From Octopus bimaculoides (taxonomy: Eukaryota), in the NCBI RefSeq assembly GCF_001194135.2, contig NC_069008.1, positions 16,204,565-16,268,564 of the forward strand: a stretch of 64,000 nucleotides of DNA, given 5' to 3'. Positions 1 to 11,984 of the stretch are shown here, in pieces. The first letter of the stretch is position 1; every line of letters starts with the position of its first letter. Position numbers and translations under genes: made by a program. The notes below the pieces were generated by a model, which did not search any database, was not told the origin of the DNA, and was given only the letters and a program-made list of their open reading frames with translations.

Positions 1-544
1 AAAAACGTCATCCGGCTAAATAGTCATTACGTCTCAACAAGAGTGTCTTCGCGTAGTCACTGAACCTGCTAAAATAGCAGCCAAATATTTCTGACATCAT
101 TACATCTTAGTATTAGAATGCATATAATCGTATGTTTGTTCATTAAACAGACATATTGATTAGAAACACAGTAGGTGGTGTTACCTACGCCTATATCAGG
201 GGCCGCCAAACTTTATCGACCATCGAATCCCAATTAAAGCGGCTGACATGGCGGAGATCTAAACGGAACGTTTCCAGCCTTTGAAAATTATTGTTTTTTT
301 TTCTTTTTTTCTTTACGGAATCCCATGCTTTAAGTTATGGAAATTCCGATGCTGAAAGAAAATTCTAAAAAATCGTATCGCCAAAATTTCAATCCCGCAC
401 CCGTTTTCTTCATTTTTTTTTTCCACCTCTTCCTGAAATGAATGGGGAAAGGGTTCCTGTTACGGCGGAGGTAAAGATAATGGAACACTCAGACTCTGGG
501 ATGGTTTTTTTTTGTTTTGTTTTTACACCAACCCACGTCATTGA

Positions 545-1025
545 GTGCGGAGATTCCGAATCTACAAAAACAATCTGCATTTAAAATTTTTTATCTCCCC
601 ACCCAATTTCTGGATCTGTTTTATTTGGCGGGCGCCACTTTTTATCTATGTTTTATTTAGTGTTTTTCAACCGAAACACTTTCAAACTTCGTATACTTGT
701 ATATTTTGTGTTATAGAACACAATTTTGTATTCGAAGTTATTTCATGTAAAAAATTGTATTTCGGAAATTTCAACCAATCACTGACGTCTATTGAAGTGA
801 AAACAATTACTGCTATGGATTGTCAAGAAAATGTTGTGCGGTGTAATGGGATCTTTTCCCTTGAATAAAATTAGTGCCGTTGTTTGTCATTAAGTATCGG
901 CGGTACTGTTATTTGTGACATCGTTCGTGCGTTTGTACTGGTTTTAGCTTTAGGGTTCGGGTTTAAGAGTTTGGTTTAGGGTTAGGGTTAAGGTTATAAG
1001 TATTTTTTCCATAACCTTAACCCTA
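545..1025 (+). repeat. Non-autonomous repeat ending in a degenerate (TTAGGG)n tract (possibly Helitron-like)
   Basis: Motifs caaacttcgtatactt...ttcaaccaatcactgacgtc recur at 41.9 kb, 42.2 kb and 45.1-45.3 kb; TTAGGG-like tract at about 945-1025. Confidence 0.55.
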
Positions 1026-1029
1026 GTCT

Positions 1030-1530
1030 TGCATGTGAGGTGATAGAATTGTGGGACCGTCTCTCGTATTGAGCTGAGGACAGCAAACCAGCTGATGGCT
1101 TCCTTAAGGTCAAGTTTGAGGATGACAATGGGTGATAAAGAGGGCAAGTTGGCTTAGGCTCTGGTAGTGTGGACGGTAGCTTTACATCCCATTTTGATGC
1201 TCACTCCTAGCTGGGTAGCGGTAAATCCCTCCTTTTATAAGCTAGAAACCGATTGTAAACACCTTTGCAGTGAGACGGTGAAGGGTGCAGCCGACCGCAA
1301 TGGTGTGCAGGTCTAGATTGGGTTTGGTGAGTTCGAAGAATAGTGGGTGGATATAAGAGAGGACGTTCTCTAAAGAGAACTGCTTCACAAACTAAGTGGA
1401 ATTGTCCAAGAGCTCAAATTCGGTATCATCGGCCGATAAAGAGATACCATCCTTGAGGTGTTGATGAAGGTCATCAATTCCTGCACCTGAACTAGCAACG
1501 AAGGATGAAATTGCCTTTGTGATGTTATCA
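1030..1530 (-). mobile_element. Decayed non-LTR retrotransposon reverse transcriptase fragment, CRE-like clade
   Basis: Minus-strand translation across frameshifts gives ITKAISSFVASSGAGIDDLHQHLKD...HPLFF...IAVGCTLHRLTAKV...SLSPIVILKLDLK, matching the recalled CRE-type RT motifs GSAGGPDGLRPQHLKD, RPIAVGCTLRRL and LKLDFxNAFN. Confidence 0.7.
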
Positions 1531-2002
1531 CAGGTGAAGACTGATCTCAAGTATTCTGGGGGGATGGGACCAGTTTATTTGATTATCAGTGGATGCTGGT
1601 GGGTGCTTCTGTTTCAGACGTGTAAGAGACTCAGACTCACATGGAGAGAGGGAGGATAGAGAAGAAAAGAGACAGACAGCTCCTTTTATGACAAATTCGC
1701 TGAATTTGGCATTGACTGGGCACTTAAGGTTTATCGGTTGCCTGTCGCTAGGCAACGTGCTCGATGTCAAATTGAGGTTTTCATGGTTAGAAAATGTGCA
1801 AAGCGCATCATATTACTGGAATATCTTTTATTGGAATTGAAAATATCAGTGTGAGAGTCTGGTATGGCGTTGACAAAGTATATATTTATGTATATAGACA
1901 TGTTTGTGTGTGGGGGGGTGTACCTTTATATATATGTATTAGCCCTTCTCTGTCTCTTTCTTGTACACACACACACACACACATATATTTTCTCTCGTTG
2001 TT

Positions 2003-2228
2003 TCTTTTTGTGGAAGAGCGTAGATTCGAAACGTTAAAGACCTTTTCACTTCCCGAACATTAAACTAATACATCTGTTTGTGTCTACACCACCTGACTTC
2101 GTCTTTTGTTAATTCTCCCCCTATATATGTAACCTGGTGGACATCGTTGGCGATTTTTTCTTCCTCCGTTTTTCCCTTCTTCGGACTTTCCTTGTTTCCG
2201 ACGAAGAGCTCCGCTCGAAACGTTATAT
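2003..2228 (+). ncRNA. Tandem pair of degenerate minimal hammerhead-like motifs in a repeat
   Basis: 2003-2040 TCTTT-TTGTGGA-A-GAGC-gtag-ATTC-GAAA-CGTT-AAAGA; 2194-2228 GTTT-CCGACGA-A-GAGC-tcc-GCTC-GAAA-CGTT-ATAT. Both cores carry substitutions. Confidence 0.45.
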
Positions 2229-3589
2229 TCTCTCTCTTTCCTTTCCTGAGCGTCCAGTAACATAATCTGTACCACGTCCTCACGTTGTTTTTTGTTGTTG
2301 TTTTCTTGTCTTTTTCCTTTTTGAACTTATATATATATATATATATNNNNNNNNNNNNNNNNNNNNNNNNNNNNNNNNNNNNNNNNNNNNNNNNNNNNNN
2401 NNNNNNNNNNNNNNNNNNNNNNNNNNNNNNNNNNNNNNNNNNNNNNNNNNNNNNNNNNNNNNNNNNNNNNNNNNNNNNNNNNNNNNNNNNNNNNNNNNNN
2501 NNNNNNNNNNNNNNNNNNNNNNNNNNNNNNNNNNNNNNNNNNNNNNNNNNNNNNNNNNNNNNNNNNNNNNNNNNNNNNNNNNNNNNNNNNNNNNNNNNNN
2601 NNNNNNNNNNNNNNNNNNNNNNNNNNNNNNNNNNNNNNNNNNNNNNNNNGTATTTTTCTCTTGTTAATAATTAGCACGGTAAAAATGGATAAATAGTTAC
2701 AAGGGTAGCAAAAAATCACACAAGTAAAAAGGTTGTAACTCCTTCTTTTTAAAGGTAGAAACTCCGGGTATACGTGAAATATTTTGTATGATATGAATAA
2801 ATAAATGGAGTTAAACGCAGTTGTTATTCAAATTGTTTTACTTCCGACGCATGTTTCGAAGATATCACTGGTATTATTCCAAAGGAATAAAATGGTGTAA
2901 AACAATGTAATCTTCTTTTCTGGAAAATGAAGAAATATAACTGGTCAATAAGACATTTTAACAGAAAATGACGGATATGTGTAGTGATTAAGTGAACGCT
3001 AATAAGTTTGTTTCAAAAAAACGTTAGAGGAGGAGGAATTTCAACCATGTTTCGTGGTTTGCTACCACAACTGCTCCTTTATAGGATCCAGTTAGCTCAA
3101 GACATCATCAGGAGGAACCACGTCCGGTTTCGGCCCCCACTCCTCTACCGTTTTGACGTTCCCCCCCTCCTTTCGGAGGTGTCTCCAGCTCTGGTGTTGG
3201 GTGCATGTCTTCTTTCTTCTATTCCCTGGCCTCTTCGATGCAGCATCAACGAATGTCAGCGTCCGACTGACTGTCTTGTCAAATTCCCCTATAATATAAT
3301 ATCAAAGGTAGCCTATAGAAAGAGGAGGGCTGAAGGAAAAAATAAACCTCCAAGGAAATGAGAAGCATATAACTATATGTAAATTAAATAAAACCATATA
3401 GACTTGGAAAAAGATATATCTATTGAATATGAATCGCCACCATCACAAACAATCATTTCTTCAATAATTCCTCCGACGAATCACACCACCACCATTAAAC
3501 CACTTAGTAATCTGTAAGAATTATGAAGATTCGTTTATCATAACGAGATGGTAACCATGGTAACTTTGGTAAATCATATCAATCTTTTT

Positions 3590-3767
3590 TGTTTTTCTTA
3601 ACTGGAGAGCAGAGACTGTAATTTTCTCCCTTGATGCTATGTACTTCCGTTTCCGCTGCAATTATTGTGGACGAAGAACAACAATAATTTGTTTTGTATC
3701 TTTTGAGGGAAATTTGGTGAAATTAAATCTATTTTCACACTAAATATTGATTTGTATATTATAACAG
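3590..3767 (+). promoter_or_regulatory. Promoter module and non-coding exon 1 of G1
   Basis: ACTTCCGTTTCCG at 3643-3655 and donor CAG|GTAAGA (GT at 3768). The same module occurs before G4-G8. Matching acceptor tttcag|att at 5490/5491. Confidence 0.7.
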
Positions 3768-5897
3768 GTAAGATATACATACATATTTATCTATATACAC
3801 ACAGTAGCGGACATCTTATGCGGCTTCTAGAAATCCCGGAATACTCTGCAATAATATGTATTAATTAGGCACGTGCACGTCTCATAATTTCTTTAGTCAT
3901 AATTGACCTGAAACTAGCAAAAGGCTCAACCAAAATATATTTTGATATGGAGTTCTCTTGCGTCTCCCCACTCGGGTGAGGATCTTTCGAATATTCCTCT
4001 AACTGTTTTTTTTTTTTTTTCTTGGAATTTTCGCAAAATGTTTGTGTCTTTGCATTGTGACTCCGGAATTAATAGGATCGGGCAAAAAAAAAATTCCAAT
4101 TCTTTCGCAATGAGGAATCGAATAAAATGCTTAAAAATAACGGAGGATGAAGTTAGTGGTGGTTGCAGTTCGAAATGCTTGATTAGGGTGAAGGGTCAAA
4201 AGTTTAAAATATGAATTTTAAAATAATTTTGGATTTTTGAGAAACAGCTTGTCTCCTTCCTCCGTTTTCCACAATATAGAATACAATGACATGAGAGTGG
4301 GGGTGTAAAGGTGATGACTATTGTAAAGGCATAAGGAGTGGGGGCAGTGTTTTAAAATGATGCATTTTAAACATTTCTGTTTTAGAAAAAGGTTTCGCTC
4401 ATTATTTTGAAAAGCGTAGTACCAAAAATAGTTTGAAAAATCCTGTCGAAAATAAAGAAAATCCAACATAGTTGGAAGTTATTCCAAAAGTTCAATCGGC
4501 AATCCAGAACGAAGCTATGCCGTGTTCATTCTTGTAATTAATCAAAACAGATGAATCTTTTAATTAACCAAGTGACTTGTGAAGAGAAAAGAAATACAAA
4601 TGTTAATTAATATCAAGCTATTTAATAAGTGAAGCATTTAATTTAAAAGAGGAATTCAAAAAATACATATTACCGTGAGGATATTTAAGATATTGTCAAA
4701 AGAATATTTTCTTTTTTCCTGCAAGTACTGAAAAACCATTTCTGACAAGCTTCACTTTTAATTAAAATAATAGATAGGCTTTTATGGTGGTCTACCTTAG
4801 TGTAGTGAAACAGGAAAATTGAGATTTCATTCAAAACGGTTTCTGTTTTATCCTAAGAGTCCCTCTGGGCCTTACTTCCCTATGAAATTCATTTTCATCA
4901 TCACAAAAAGAAATGGAGATAATTGTAAACAACCACCTCCTTCACCAATCGTAATCTGTCCCCTTTTTATGGGACCATCTTCCATACCAATATATCCTGC
5001 TCACACACAAGACAAATGTTTTAGCTTTTTTTCATTCAGTTGAAGTTTCGTTGTTCATCTATGTTTTTGCTTGATTTACATGTGGCCACTTCAGCTGCTA
5101 GAAACAACAGCTAAATCCTATGGGTTTTGAAAATTGAACACTATTTGTTGATGTAATCCAGAACGCATAATGTCAGAAGGAACTACAGGATTGTCATGGC
5201 TGGAATGTCATTCACCATAAATGTGCTCAGTCAGGACTGATTTGCTAAACAACAATGACAAATATTATTTTACACTAGTGAAGAATGTTGGTGTCCACTA
5301 TTTCAATATGTATGCATAGAAAAATATATATAGATAGATAGATAGATACCAATTTGAAGGTGTAGCTATAGTTTAGAAATATGTTGATTTCACCCAATGT
5401 TATATGATGTCATTTGTTAATAAAGAAATGTTGGAACATTTCCATTTTGATCTCTCCTCTATATCTAATACTGTTTCTTTATCATTTCAGATTAACGGAT
5501 GACATTGGCACAAAACAACTTTTTTAACATTGGACACATCTGGAATATTTATTACTTTTTCTGAGACTAAAGGAGACTGTTTCACACAATAGATATAAAA
5601 ACACAACTACAATAAATCTGTGGTTGAATTACTGTGAAATATTTGCTCTGATTGAAGATTCATAACAACATTTCTCCATCTCATTATTTCGTGCTTTTGC
5701 ATTCTAATTAAACTTGGATAGATTTATGTTTTGACGGCATCTTTAGATATCAGAGTTGATAGCAATTGATATTTCTAAGGAATCTATTATAAGAAGAACA
5801 AGGAGAAAACTATTTGAAGTGGTGAGAAAAAGATAAAGAAAAACTTTAATACTGTGAGAAACTTCAATGATTAGGTCTGTTTTTATCCCTTAAAAAA

Positions 5898-7094
5898 ATG
5901 TCGAAAGAATTAGGGAAATCATATCACTGTAATATCTGCACTAAATCATTCTCTGAAAAACGTAATCTAACAATTCACAAATGTTTTCATACAAAAAGGA
6001 AGCCTTTTGACTGTGTTACCTGTGGTAAATCATTCACAGAAAATGCTGACTTGACTAAACACAAACGTATTCATACAGGAGAGAAACCATATCACTGTGC
6101 TATCTGTGGTAAGTCATTCTCTCAAATATCTAACTTGACTAAACACAAACGTATTCATACGAACGAGAAGCCATATTGTTGTGATATCTGTGGTAAACCA
6201 TTCTCTCAAATATCTAACATGAATTCTCACAAACGTGTTCATACAAAAGAGAAGCCATTTCACTGTGCTACCTGTGGTAAATCATTCTCTCAAATATCTA
6301 ATTTGACTTCTCATAAACGTATTCATACAGGTGAGAAGACATATCACTGTAATACCTGTGGTAAATCATTCTCTGCAGGTGGTGACTTAACTACTCACAT
6401 GCGTATTCATACTGGAGAGAAACCATATCACTGTGATGTCTGTGGCAAAGCATTCACTACAAGTAGTGCTTTAACTTCTCACAGACGTATTCATACAGGT
6501 GAAAAGCCATATCACTGTGATACCTGTGGTAAATCATACCGTAGAAGTGGTGACTTGACTAAACATACTCGTATTCATACAGGTGAGAAGCCATTTCATT
6601 GTGATACCTGTGCTAAATCATTCTCTGAAAACGGTGCCTTAACTAAACATAAACGTATTCATACGGGAGAGAAGCCACATCACTGTGATGTCTGTGGTAA
6701 ATCATTCTCTCAAATGTCTAACTTAACTTCTCACAAACGTATTCATACAGGAGAGAAGCCATTTCATTGTGAAATATGTGATAAATCATTCTCTGCAAGT
6801 ACTGCATTGACTTCTCACATACGTATTCATACAGGAGAGAAGCCATATCACTGTGGCATTTGTGATAAGTCTTTCCCTGTAAGCAGTGCCTTAACATTTC
6901 ATGAACGTATTCATACAGGAGAGAAGCCATTTCACTGTGATGTCTGTGGTGAATTGTTCTCGGCAAGTGGTGCTTTAACTTCTCACAGACGTATTCACAC
7001 AGGAGAGAAGCCATTTCACTGTGATACCTGTGGTAAATCATTTTCTCAAAAAGGTAACTTAAAGACACACATGTCTATCCATACAAAGTTATGA
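5898..7094 (+). CDS. G1: C2H2 zinc-finger protein, 14 fingers, 398 aa, no effector domain
   Basis: Intact ORF of CxxC-12-HxxxH repeats with TGEKP linkers and an 8-aa leader; entire CDS in exon 2. Confidence 0.95.
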   Translation: MSKELGKSYHCNICTKSFSEKRNLTIHKCFHTKRKPFDCVTCGKSFTENADLTKHKRIHTGEKPYHCAICGKSFSQISNLTKHKRIHTNEKPYCCDICGKPFSQISNMNSHKRVHTKEKPFHCATCGKSFSQISNLTSHKRIHTGEKTYHCNTCGKSFSAGGDLTTHMRIHTGEKPYHCDVCGKAFTTSSALTSHRRIHTGEKPYHCDTCGKSYRRSGDLTKHTRIHTGEKPFHCDTCAKSFSENGALTKHKRIHTGEKPHHCDVCGKSFSQMSNLTSHKRIHTGEKPFHCEICDKSFSASTALTSHIRIHTGEKPYHCGICDKSFPVSSALTFHERIHTGEKPFHCDVCGELFSASGALTSHRRIHTGEKPFHCDTCGKSFSQKGNLKTHMSIHTKL

Positions 7095-7540
7095 TTGTAT
7101 CATTTTGAAATTTCTTCACAACACACAACCAACCAACCTTTGAAAACAACTTTTTTTTTCCTGTGCTATGTAAAAAATATCTTGTATAACCACAAATGTA
7201 TTCACATGTGAAAGATGATTTAGCAGTGTGATATTTTAAATAAAAGAATTCTCGTATATATTCCATATCACAAATTTCCATCAAAAATATACTAGACTGT
7301 AAAAATAAATATTTCATCATACTTTTGTAGAACAGTGCTTCTCAAAGCGGTGGTCTGTGGACCGGTGCCGGTCAACAAACCATCAACTGCCAGTACATGG
7401 TGAGTTTCCAGAAAAGAAAGAAACATTATAAAATGCTTATGTAATATTGTATTATTTGTTTACAAAATAAATATAAGATGAAAAATATCAACTTTTATTA
7501 TATTCATTATGTAAATTGTTTCTGGTATAAATTAATATTG

Positions 7541-7861
7541 TGGAGGCGCAATCGCCCAATGGTTTGGGCAGCGAACTCGCGGTCATTGTGAGTGTTTATT
7601 GAGCGAAAACACCTAAAGCTCCGGCAGGGGATGGTGGCGAACCCTGCTGTATTCTTCCACCGAACCCTGCTGTATTCTTCCACCACAACTTTCTCTCACT
7701 CTTACTTCCTGTTTCTGTTGTGCCTGTAATTCAAAGGGTCAGCCTTGTCACACTGTGTCACGCTGAATATCCCCGAGAACTACGTTAAGAGTACACGTGT
7801 CTGTGGAGTGCTCAGCCACTTGCACGTTAATTTCACGAGCAGGCTGTGCCGTTGATCGGAT
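7541..7861 (+). mobile_element. tRNA(Arg)-like SINE, family A (compatible with octopus OR-type SINEs)
   Basis: Head tggaggcgcaatcgcccaatgg and a body shared with copies at 12.4, 23.4, 28.0, 37.6 and 44.2 kb; runs into a gap. Confidence 0.8.
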
Positions 7862-8659
7862 NNNNNNNNNNNNNNNNNNNNNNNNNNNNNNNNNNNNNNN
7901 NNNNNNNNNNNNNNNNNNNNNNNNNNNNNNNNNNNNNNNNNNNNNNNNNNNNNNNNNNNNNNNNNNNNNNNNNNNNNNNNNNNNNNNNNNNNNNNNNNNN
8001 NNNNNNNNNNNNNNNNNNNNNNNNNNNNNNNNNNNNNNNNNNNNNNNNNNNNNNNNNNNNNNNNNNNNNNNNNNNNNNNNNNNNNNNNNNNNNNNNNNNN
8101 NNNNNNNNNNNNNNNNNNNNNNNNNNNNNNNNNNNNNNNNNNNNNNNNNNNNNNNNNNNNNNNNNNNNNNNNNNNNNNNNNNNNNNNNNNNNNNNNNNNN
8201 NNNNNNNNNNNNNNNATATACAAAGTGTTTTGGAATGGGGGTGGGGGACAATTTTCGGAAATTCCAACAGAGTCCACTTAAATTCTTCTTAACTTTCATG
8301 AAAATTAATATTTTTTCGTGAAATTTTCTACAAATATACCTTGATGTATGTACATTTCGAGCATGTAGGAATTTTGAAGGAAACAACTGCAGGTTATTTT
8401 TGAGAAGCGTTCCCCACTCGGTGGTGTTTCGGAGCAAGTCGTCCATAATTGTTTCATTTTTCTCTATTATGTGCATCCGTAGATTTCTATTGAAATAATA
8501 AGCAGAAAAGAGAAGCCGTCATAAGAAAACTTACGTTAAAAATAACATGCACACGACTTCTTTTTTCTCAATAGAAGTAAATTCCAAAGTTAACGTTTCT
8601 AGTATATGTGTGTATGTATATATAAGTATACATATAAGTATATATTTATGCATGTATAT

Positions 8660-8800
8660 AGGTACAGAAGTGGCTGTGTACTTAAAAGCTTGCTTCCCAA
8701 TCACATGGTTTTCGGTTCAGTCCCACTGCGTGGCACTCGGGCTGACCAAAGCCTTGTGAGTGGAATTGGTAGACAGAAACTGAAAGAAGCCCGGTGTATA
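8660..8800 (+). mobile_element. tRNA-derived SINE, family B, 5' part
   Basis: agtggctgtg...ggttcagtcccactgcgtggcac...gaaactgaaagaagcc, the reverse complement of 60040-60210 and 42835-43000. Confidence 0.7.
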
Positions 8801-8811
8801 TATGTATATAT

Positions 8812-9354
8812 ATATTCGATGTGTTATACTTCAAACCGTAAGATCGCCAAAATGGCGACCTTACGAATATTCTTCATTTTCAACGTCGTATATCGTACGA
8901 ACTAGGGATTTTAACCTTTAAATTTTGGAGAAAAATGCCGATTTATACTCAAGGATTTACGGTAGAAAGATAAATAAATAGATAGATAGATAGAGAGAGA
9001 GAGACAGAAAGAAAGATAGATAGACGCATTCACACAAACACATATGAACGCACGCATTCTCACAAACACGTACACTCACATGAACGCACGCATTCACACA
9101 AACACATGAATAAGTACACACGTTAACTATGACAGAGTTGTCTCCCTTGCACCACAAATTTTTCTCTTTCCCTCAGACGAAATCTGACAAACCCCTTTCT
9201 ATATTCGATGTGCTTTAGCTCAAACCGTAAGATCGCCATTTTGGCGATCTTACGATTATTTTTCATTTTTAACCTCGTATATCGTACGCCCTAGGGATTT
9301 TGACCTTTAAATTTTGGAGAAAAGATGCAGATTTATACTCAAGGATTTACGGTA
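8812..9354. repeat. Two direct copies (8812-8964, 9201-9354) of a pogo/Tigger-like MITE end
   Basis: Both copies end gatttatactcaaggatttacggta and contain an internal palindrome (cgtaagatcgcca/tggcgatcttacg in copy 2, imperfect in copy 1). Confidence 0.5.
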
Positions 9355-10319
9355 GACAGGCAGAAAGATAAATAAATAGATAAATAGATAGATAGATAGA
9401 CAAATAGATGGATAGATAGAGGGAGAGAGAGGGACAGACAGTGGGTGGGGACAAACAGATACAAAGACACACACACACATATATGCGCGTGCGCGNNNNN
9501 NNNNNNNNNNNNNNNNNNNNNNNNNNNNNNNNNNNNNNNNNNNNNNNNNNNNNNNNNNNNNNNNNNNNNNNNNNNNNNNNNNNNNNNNNNNNNNNNNNNN
9601 NNNNNNNNNNNNNNNNNNNNNNNNNNNNNNNNNNNNNNNNNNNNNNNNNNNNNNNNNNNNNNNNNNNNNNNNNNNNNNNNNNNNNNNNNNNNNNNNNNNN
9701 NNNNNNNNNNNNNNNNNNNNNNNNNNNNNNNNNNNNNNNNNNNNNNNNNNNNNNNNNNNNNNNNNNNNNNNNNNNNNNNNNNNNNNNNNNNNNNNNNNNN
9801 NNNNNNNNNNNNNNNNNNNNNNNNNNNNNNNNNNNNNNNNNNNNNNNNNNNNNNNNNNNNNNNNNNNNNNNNNNNNNNNNNNNNNNNNNNNNNNNNNNNN
9901 NNNNNNNNNNNNNNNNNNNNNNNNNNNNNNNNNNNNNNNNNNNNNNNNNNNNNNNNNNNNNNNNNNNNNNNNNNNNNNNNNNNNNNNNNNNNNNNNNNNN
10001 NNNNNNNNNNNNNNNNNNNNNNNNNNNNNNNNNNNNNNNNNNNNNNNNNNNNNNNNNNNNNNNNNNNNNNNNNNNNNNNNNNNNNNNNNNNNNNNNNNNN
10101 NNNNNNNNNNNNNNNNNNNNNNNNNNNNNNNNNNNNNNNNNNNNNNNNNNNNNNNNNNNNNNNNNNNNNNNNNNNNNNNNNNNNNNNNNNNNNNNNNNNN
10201 NNNNNNNNNNNNNNNNNNNNNNNNNNNNNNNNNNNNNNNNNNNNACAGAGAGAGAGAGAGAGAGAGAGGAATGGATACAGAGGAGAGAAACATAAAAATG
10301 TATATTTTAAAAGATGAAT

Positions 10320-10585
10320 TGATTGACCACCATTCAAGTGTGGTCGTTACCAGTGCCGCTGGACTGGCTCTTGTGCCGGTGGCATGTAAAAAGCACCATT
10401 CAAGCGTGGCTGATGCCGGTTCCACTTGACTGGCCCTCGTGCTAGTGGCACGTAAAAATCCCGGCGTTAGAACAGATCAGATTGGAGCCTGGTGTAGCCA
10501 TCTGGTTCACCAGTCCTCAGTCAAACCGTCCAACCCATGCTAGCATGGAAAGCGGACGTTAAACGACGACGATGATGATGATGCT
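10320..10585 (+). mobile_element. SINE/LINE-tail family D with about 65-bp tandem units and a (GAT)n tail
   Basis: ccatgctagcatggaaagcggacgttaaacgacgacgatgatg; related copies at 11040-11250 (-) and 46857-47047 (+). Confidence 0.65.
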
Positions 10586-10599
10586 GATGTGTGTGTGTG

Positions 10600-10812
10600 T
10601 TTGTATTTGTTAGTTGTATGTTGTCCCCCCACCATCGCTTGATAACCGATGTTGGTGTGTTTACCTCCCCATCACTTGATGGTTCAGCAAAAAGAGACTG
10701 ATAGAATAAGTACTAGGCTTACAAAGAATAAATCCTGGGGTTGATTTGCACGACTAAAAGGTGGTGCTCCTGCATGGCCACAGTCAAGTGACTGAAACAA
10801 GTAAAAGAATAT
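10600..10812 (+). mobile_element. SINE family B, 3' half
   Basis: Reverse complement of 59800-59990; ends gactgaaacaagtaaaaga. Confidence 0.7.
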
Positions 10813-11258
10813 ATCTTTACATAAGTTTATATATGTGTGTTTATGATTATATGTGATTATTCTTTTCTTTCATTCTTATATTTGTTTCAGTCATTCTGTC
10901 TGTGGCCATGCTGGAGCACCACCTTTTAGTCGTGCAAATCTCTCTCTCTCTCAGGTAATTAGTGAGTAAGGCGCACCATTCATTACCTTGCACATGTAAA
11001 CGAAAGCAAAGGATTGTCGTCACTTGTTTATCTGTGTCATCATCGTCATCGTCTGCTTTCCATGCTAGCATGGATTGGACAATTTGACAGCGGACTGGCA
11101 AGCCAGATGGCTGTACCAGGCTCCAACCTGATCTGGCAAGGTTTCTACAGCTGGAGGCCCTTCCTACGCCAGCCACTCTCAGAGTGTAGTGGGCACTTTT
11201 TACATGCCACTGGTATGAGGGCCAGTCAAGAGGTACTGGCATCGACTATGCTCAAATA

Positions 11259-11289
<31 letters not shown>

Positions 11290-11749
11290 GTAAGGCTATA
11301 TGTATGTATATATTAAATTATATATATGCATACATACTTATACATTATACAGCAACAGGTTTATCTGCATACATATATACATACTAATTATGCTATCTAT
11401 CTATATATATATGTGTGTGTGTACAAATACCAGCACACCTTTTTCATGTCTTTCTCTTTCTGTAGAAGCTTAACGCAGTGCAATGTTTAATAGACACTAG
11501 ATTCCTGACCACGCTGCACAGAAGAGGCACAACTGGATGAAATTATCAGCAATATATGAATGTTAAAGATTATTATTAAAAGAAAAATTAAAACAAATAA
11601 AAGTCAAATAAATGCATTAAAACAATTTACTTTATTTCTTTCAAATTTTTTTAATGGGGGGAAAAAAAAATGGATTACAGGCAAACGTATTTTCTCTCTC
11701 AGCAGATCAGAACAATGAACAGGATTATATAAATAATAACAGTTATCCT

Positions 11750-11960
11750 TTCTACTATAGGCACAAGGCCTGAAAATTGGGGGGAAGGGGCCAGTTGATT
11801 AGATCGACTCCAGTATGCAACTGGTATTTAATTCATCGACCCTGAAAGGATAAAAGGCAAAGTCAACCTCGGTGGAATTTGAACTCAGAACGTAAAGATA
11901 GGCAAAATACTGCTAAGCATTTCGCCTGACTTGCTAATGATTCTGCCAACTTGCCGTCTT
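11750..11960 (-). mobile_element. tRNA-derived SINE, family C
   Basis: gaaaggataaaaggcaaagtcaacctcggtggaatttgaactcagaacg; related copies at 15713-15900, 44585-44750 and 45885-46075. Confidence 0.7.
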
Positions 11961-11984
11961 CATCGTTTTCTACAATGGGTACAA

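Noticed and set aside
2835-3255. Hammerhead-like pieces on the minus strand (CUGAUGA at 3105-3111 with GAAA at 3050-3053; GAAACCGG; GAAACAUGCGUC)
   Set aside because: Stem I does not form and the other cores are missing. Possibly a decayed Penelope terminus, but not supportable as a ribozyme.
6718-7068. Antisense and alternate-frame ORFs over ZNF genes ([10 protein letters not shown]..., IFIQVRSHF...; also 20938, 40391, 48108, 48630, 55985)
   Set aside because: These are the expected by-product of 84-bp finger periodicity and codon bias, not independent genes.
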